Positions 59,455 through 64,000 of a stretch of DNA of 64,000 nt are shown in pieces. The translations under genes and the position numbers were made by a program. The notes below the pieces were generated by a model. It saw nothing but the letters and a program-made list of their open reading frames with translations, searched no databases and was not told the origin of the DNA. Within the stretch, counting starts at the first letter, position 1; every line of letters starts with the position of its first letter. The DNA lies in the NCBI RefSeq assembly GCF_000317695.1, contig NC_019771.1, forward strand, positions 2,463,823 through 2,527,822, given 5' to 3'. Source of the stretch: Anabaena cylindrica PCC 7122 (GTDB lineage Bacteria; Cyanobacteriota; Cyanobacteriia; Cyanobacteriales; Nostocaceae).

Positions 59455-59600
59455 AGATTGCATTCCCTGGGGTACGCTGCTTTAGATAGTGTCGAGGTAC
59501 AGAAGATGTTTAAGCTGCGGGTAGGGTTGCTGTTTGGTGGAGGTTCTGGAGAACATGAAGTTTCAATAATGTCTGCGGGTGCGATCGCTAAAGTTTGAAG
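59455..59600. repeat. partial duplicate (~150 bp, ~85% identity) of the ddl promoter/5' coding region at 61255-61405
   Basis: gattgcattccctggggtacgctgctttagatagtgtcgaggtacagaagATGtttaagctgcgggtagggttgctgtttggtgga... matches gattgcattccctgtggtacgctatctgctttagatagtgtcgaggtacagaagATGtctaagctgcgggtgggattgctgtttggtgga... Confidence 0.7.
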
Positions 59601-59794
59601 TGCGGAGAAAAATAGTATCTTAGAGGTATCCTAGAACTGGCTTATAAGTTCTCTTTTAATAATGATTTATTAGTAACTTTGACTACTTTCATTATTTTTT
59701 CAAGTGTTCTAAATAAACGGCAAAATATATTATGATTTTGTTACATTCTTGTTAAGAAAGGTTACAGGAATCTTAACAAAAGGAAATATTTCTT

Positions 59795-61156
59795 ATGGTA
59801 GCACTTGAGAAAAAGCCATTACATCAAGTTGTCATTGTTGGTGGTGGCTTTGGTGGACTGTATACAGCAAAGACTCTTGCTAACGCAAATGTAGATGTTA
59901 CTCTCATTGATAAACGGAATTTTCACCTATTTCAGCCGCTTTTATATCAAGTTGCGACAGGTACGTTATCACCTGCTGATATTTCTGCACCATTGCGATC
60001 TGTATTCAGCAAAAGCAAGAATACAAAAGTATTGCTAGGAGAAGTAAGTGTTATTGATCCAAAAGCGCAACAAGTTATTTTGGGTGATCAAATAGTACCT
60101 TATGATACATTAATTGTTGCCACAGGTGCTAACCATTCCTATTTCGGTAAAGATAGCTGGAAAGAAACTGCTCCTGGCTTGAAAACTGTGGAAGATGCCA
60201 TAGAAATGCGTCGGCGGATATTTTCGGCATTTGAAGCGGCAGAACAAGAAACTGATCCTGTAAAACGTCGTGCTTTTTTGACTTTTGTGATTGTGGGGGG
60301 TGGTCCTACCGGTGTAGAATTGGCAGGTGCGATCGCAGAGTTGGCATACAAAACTCTCAAAGAAGATTTCCGCAACATCAACACCTCAGAAGCGAAAATT
60401 TTGCTCTTGCAAGGGGGCGATCGCATTCTCCCACACATTGCGCCAGAATTATCCAAAGTAGCAGCAGAATCTCTGCAAAAATTGGGAGTGGTTATTCACA
60501 CTCTCACTAGGGTGACAAATATTGAAAATGACATAGTTACTTTCAAGCAAAACGATGAATTGACAGATATTGCCTCAAAAACTATATTGTGGGCAGCAGG
60601 TGTTCAAGGTTCGGCATTGGGCAAAGTCCTCGCAGAACGAACAGATGTAGAATGCGATTTCTCTGGCAGAGTAATTGTCGAACCAGATTTGACTATCAAG
60701 GGTTATAAAAATATTTTCGTAATTGGAGATTTAGCCAATTTCTCCCATCAAAATGGTAAACCCTTACCTGGTGTTGCCCCCGTAGCTAAACAACAAGGAG
60801 AATATGTCGGTGGACTGATTCAACTACGGCTTCATGGTCATACTTTGCCACAATTTCATTACACCGATGTAGGTAGTTTGGCAATGATTGGGCAAAATTT
60901 AGCTGTTGTAGATTTAGGTTTCATCAAACTCACCGGTTTCCTAGCTTGGGTATTTTGGCTAATAATTCACATCTACTTCTTAATTGAGTTTGACACTAAA
61001 TTGGTAGTAGTATTTCAGTGGGCATGGAATTATATTACTCGTAATCGACGCTCTAGATTGATTACAGGCAAAGAGGCTTTTCTAGCAGCAACACCTCCTG
61101 TTAACAATAGCAGTCATTCCCCCACTAAAGAACAGAAGCAGCCCGTTAAGCTGTAA
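59795..61156 (+). CDS. type II NADH dehydrogenase (NDH-2)
   Basis: QVVIVGGGFGGLYTA... (first FAD/NAD fold) and FVIVGGGPTGVELAG (second Rossmann) with a C-terminal hydrophobic segment. 453 aa. Confidence 0.8.
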   Translation: MVALEKKPLHQVVIVGGGFGGLYTAKTLANANVDVTLIDKRNFHLFQPLLYQVATGTLSPADISAPLRSVFSKSKNTKVLLGEVSVIDPKAQQVILGDQIVPYDTLIVATGANHSYFGKDSWKETAPGLKTVEDAIEMRRRIFSAFEAAEQETDPVKRRAFLTFVIVGGGPTGVELAGAIAELAYKTLKEDFRNINTSEAKILLLQGGDRILPHIAPELSKVAAESLQKLGVVIHTLTRVTNIENDIVTFKQNDELTDIASKTILWAAGVQGSALGKVLAERTDVECDFSGRVIVEPDLTIKGYKNIFVIGDLANFSHQNGKPLPGVAPVAKQQGEYVGGLIQLRLHGHTLPQFHYTDVGSLAMIGQNLAVVDLGFIKLTGFLAWVFWLIIHIYFLIEFDTKLVVVFQWAWNYITRNRRSRLITGKEAFLAATPPVNNSSHSPTKEQKQPVKL

Positions 61157-61183
61157 GATTTTTGGCCAGTTGTACTCCTGAAG

Positions 61184-61223
61184 CCTAACTCCTAACTCCT
61201 AACTCCAAACTCCTAACTCCTAC
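61184..61223. repeat. STRR heptamer tandem repeat (CTAACTC/CTCCTAA)n
   Basis: cctaactcctaactcctaactccaaactcctaactcctac. Confidence 0.6.
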
Positions 61224-61307
61224 TGTATATTTCTTGAAAATCTAATCGGTTAAGATTGCATTCCCTGTGGTACGCTATCTGCTTTAGATAGTGTCGAGGT
61301 ACAGAAG

Positions 61308-62372
61308 ATGTCTAAGCTGCGGGTGGGATTGCTGTTTGGTGGACGTTCTGGAGAACATGAAGTTTCAATAATTTCTGCACGAGCGATCGCTAATGCTTTA
61401 AATGCAGAGGAAAATAGTCACAAGTACGAAATAGTGCCTTTCTACATCCAAAAGGATGGTTTTTGGCAAGCTGGGGAAGTTGCACAGCAAGTTTTATCAT
61501 CTGGTGTGGCTAGAGAAAATCTAGCCGTAACCCCTAATTTATGGGAGTTTCCACCACAAACAGCAGAAATTGATTTGTGGTTTCCTATTCTCCACGGCCC
61601 CAATGGTGAAGATGGTACGATTCAAGGTTTACTCACTTTAATGCAAGTCCCTTATGTGGGTTCTGGGGTGTTAGGTTCGGCTACGGGAATGGATAAAATC
61701 GGTATGAAAACCGCTTTTGCTCAAGCTGGACTACCCCAGGTAAAATATAAAGCGATAACTAGGGCGCAAGTTTGGTCAAATCCTTGTATTTTTCCGAAAT
61801 TATGTGATGAAATTGAACTAACTTTAGGCTATCCCTGTTTCGTTAAACCGGCTAATTTGGGTTCGTCGGTAGGAATTGCGAAAGTGCGATCGCGCCAAGA
61901 GTTAGAATTAGCTTTAGATAATGCCGCAACCTATGATAGACGCATTATTGTCGAAGCCGGAGTTGTCGCTAGAGAAGTAGAATGTGCCGTTTTAGGTAAC
62001 GATAATCCCAAAGCATCTGTTATTGGTGAGATTACGTTTGATAGTGATTTTTACGATTACGAAACTAAATATACCCAAGGTAAAGCCGATTTATTTATTC
62101 CCGCACATCTAACAGATTCAGTAGTTCAGCAAATTCAAGAAATGGCATTAAAAGCCTTTTTAACTGTTGACGCTGCTGGTTTAGCACGGGTAGACTTTTT
62201 CTATATCGAAGCTACCGGAGAAATTTTAATTAACGAAATTAATACTTTACCAGGGTTCACAGCCACAAGTATGTATCCTCAACTTTGGGCAAATACTGGT
62301 ATTTCTTTTCCCAAATTAGTAGACGAATTAATTCAATTAGCTATTGAAAGACATTTAAAGAGTGCTGAGTAA
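61308..62372 (+). CDS. ddl: D-alanine--D-alanine ligase
   Basis: [21 protein letters not shown]...[16 protein letters not shown]...[17 protein letters not shown]...[12 protein letters not shown]. Confidence 0.9.
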   Translation: MSKLRVGLLFGGRSGEHEVSIISARAIANALNAEENSHKYEIVPFYIQKDGFWQAGEVAQQVLSSGVARENLAVTPNLWEFPPQTAEIDLWFPILHGPNGEDGTIQGLLTLMQVPYVGSGVLGSATGMDKIGMKTAFAQAGLPQVKYKAITRAQVWSNPCIFPKLCDEIELTLGYPCFVKPANLGSSVGIAKVRSRQELELALDNAATYDRRIIVEAGVVAREVECAVLGNDNPKASVIGEITFDSDFYDYETKYTQGKADLFIPAHLTDSVVQQIQEMALKAFLTVDAAGLARVDFFYIEATGEILINEINTLPGFTATSMYPQLWANTGISFPKLVDELIQLAIERHLKSAE

Positions 62373-62712
62373 AAAAGCAATAATCGCACTCCTGCAAGAT
62401 ATTTGGCAAAAATTAGTATGATATTCAATTTTCTTAGGACTTATGCAAGATATGGCTGAAAACCTTATTATTACGTAGCGGTAATTCATGTAGCTTGCTT
62501 GCCCGTTGCGGTATTATCGCTACTTTTGTTCTGTTTTGCGTAAGTCCTATTTCTGTCAAGTTTGGGTAAAAACTATTTTTGCCAATACAAAACTGAATTA
62601 CGAACTAAAATAATGGCAACGGACAACTAAAGAGTATTAAGTGCTGAGTAAATCTGACTTCTGCCATAATACTTGTGTCTTCTAGTACAATAATCTACTA
62701 GAGCATACAAGC

Positions 62713-63078
62713 GTGATCTTAATTATGGACAATAGTGACGGTGTAAAGCAAAAGCCAAACCAATCAACAGAAACTAGTCTAGAAGCATCAAAAAATACAC
62801 CCTCAGCTAAAAACCTGTTGGTAAAGCATTCTTGGCTTTTGTTTGTAGGGTTGTTCGGGATTTCTGTAGGAGTCTCAATTTTTGGTTATTATCAACTAAG
62901 TTATATTGGGGATGTGCCAAAAAAGGAAGCAGAAAACCCCTTAAAATTAGTCAGTGCGGAACTAATCACAAGATTCGCTGATACTAGTAATGCTACACCT
63001 TCATGGTTAATAATAGCGATCGCTCTGACTTGTGCTACTGGTTGCTGGGTAATCTTCCGCTTACTTAAACTTCCATAA
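62713..63078 (+). CDS. hypothetical membrane protein
   Basis: 121 aa with two hydrophobic segments. Confidence 0.4.
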   Translation: MILIMDNSDGVKQKPNQSTETSLEASKNTPSAKNLLVKHSWLLFVGLFGISVGVSIFGYYQLSYIGDVPKKEAENPLKLVSAELITRFADTSNATPSWLIIAIALTCATGCWVIFRLLKLP

Positions 63079-63712
63079 CGGGTTTGCAGAAAAGTATAGG
63101 GTGTAAGGTTTTGAGAATAATCAGAATACTTAAACAACATCCCCTCAAATTGATAACCGATAAAAGTGCCAACTTGGCAACCAATCTGTAAAGAACCCAG
63201 TTAAATTAATAAAAGATAAACGACTTAAAGGGTGTTGTTATCAGGGGCAACTACTATTAATAAATCAGTCTTATAAAGGCTTTTTAAAAAAGTCTTTCTT
63301 AGGGAGAAAAAGCAATCTACTTACAATTTTCTGGGCTATGAGTTCAGCAAAAAAATAATAATCAAGTTTAACATTTGCTGCAAAGGAATATTCACAGCAT
63401 ACAGGCGCTGTCGTTGACGTACAATTTAGCCCCCCTAAATAACGGGCAGCGTCTATACATATTCCTGAACGCTCCAGCAGCAAATGCAGAGTGGGAGATT
63501 AAAGGCGATTGGTATGCCTTCTCCCACTCTTCTTTTATGGATAATTGGGATCACCTGAGTTCGGAGTTATCCCTCTTCTGTCAGAGTAGGGATAAAAGGA
63601 TATTTTAAAAGTATCAGAATTAATTGAAATCCCTCAAAGTCCCTTTTAAAAATGGGGATTTAGGGGGATATACAAGTATTAGATCCCACACAAAAAAGTT
63701 TTCAAACATCCT

Positions 63713-64000
63713 CTAACAAAAATCTGTATCATGCAAAAATTTAATAATCTCTGAATTCACTACCTGAGAAGCACCAGTTGAGGCATCATGATAGCAGTTA
63801 TGCAGAATTTTAAAGCGCGAATTAGGGATATGTTGATGTAATTTCTCTCCATGACTAAGAGGAAACCAACTATCTTGATCACCCCATAAAATTAGTGTAG
63901 GACATTCAATATTGCTAAGATTACTTTGAATCTGACTGAGCATATTTGGCTTTTTAGCTTGGAAATTTTCAATTTCTCGTACTGCTATTTGCAATTCTTC
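63713..64000 (-). CDS. alpha/beta-hydrolase, C-terminal part (gene continues beyond window end)
   Basis: CPTLILWGDQDSWFP...HNCYHDAS is the typical C-terminal His region of the alpha/beta fold. The start lies beyond 64000. Confidence 0.5.
   Translation of the reverse strand, partial: EELQIAVREIENFQAKKPNMLSQIQSNLSNIECPTLILWGDQDSWFPLSHGEKLHQHIPNSRFKILHNCYHDASTGASQVVNSEIIKFLHDTDFC

Overview
This window reads as a heterocystous cyanobacterium (Nostoc/Anabaena type). The evidence is many GCGATCGC HIP1 palindromes, heptamer STRR repeats, and a nif/hes/fdxH cluster.

The right third of the window (41.5-64 kb) is the conserved gene run nifD(3' end)-nifK-orf-nifE-nifN-nifX-orf-nifW-hesA-hesB-fdxH-feoA. 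After it come a Mop-domain protein, an acyltransferase-3, an ankyrin protein, a SagB-type protein, a hydrogenase maturation protease, a SET-domain protein, a VapBC pair, an NDH-2 and ddl.

nifD itself is broken. An internal NifD segment lies at 25833-26301. It is followed by a ~15.2 kb XisA-type excision element (26302-41491) bounded by 11-bp direct repeats GGATTACTCCG / GAACTACTCCG. Recombination between those repeats would rebuild the NifD codons [15 protein letters not shown].

That element encodes a XisA-like tyrosine recombinase at its nifK-proximal end. Its cargo is defense or addiction-like:
- three Uma2-family endonucleases or fragments and a RusA-like protein
- a frameshifted AAA_21/OLD-like ATPase, a retropepsin and a PIN-like protein
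- an ISAs1 remnant and an ISL3 insertion with an 8-bp TSD
- a VapBC pair, cyclophilin, an SPFH protein with four N-terminal repeats, and three tRNA-like genes

NifD homology also stops abruptly at 25833. So everything from 1 to 25833 appears to belong to a second, larger element of at least 25.8 kb that runs past the window start. This upstream part is plasmid/phage-like. It holds cyanase and a large TOPRIM(DUF3854)+P-loop replication-type protein followed by GGACAC iterons. It holds two HNH endonucleases around an array of about 20 tRNA or tRNA-like genes, some CCA-encoding and some with aberrant T-loops. Next to the array is a Tn5053/Tn7-superfamily transposon (resolvase, TniA/TnsB, frameshifted TniB/TnsC) with 165-bp multi-repeat ends. 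An RHH protein sits beside GAACCG repeat arrays. A tightly packed 10-gene minus-strand operon includes an 847-aa protein with collagen-like and Ala-rich repeats. No CRISPR array was seen.
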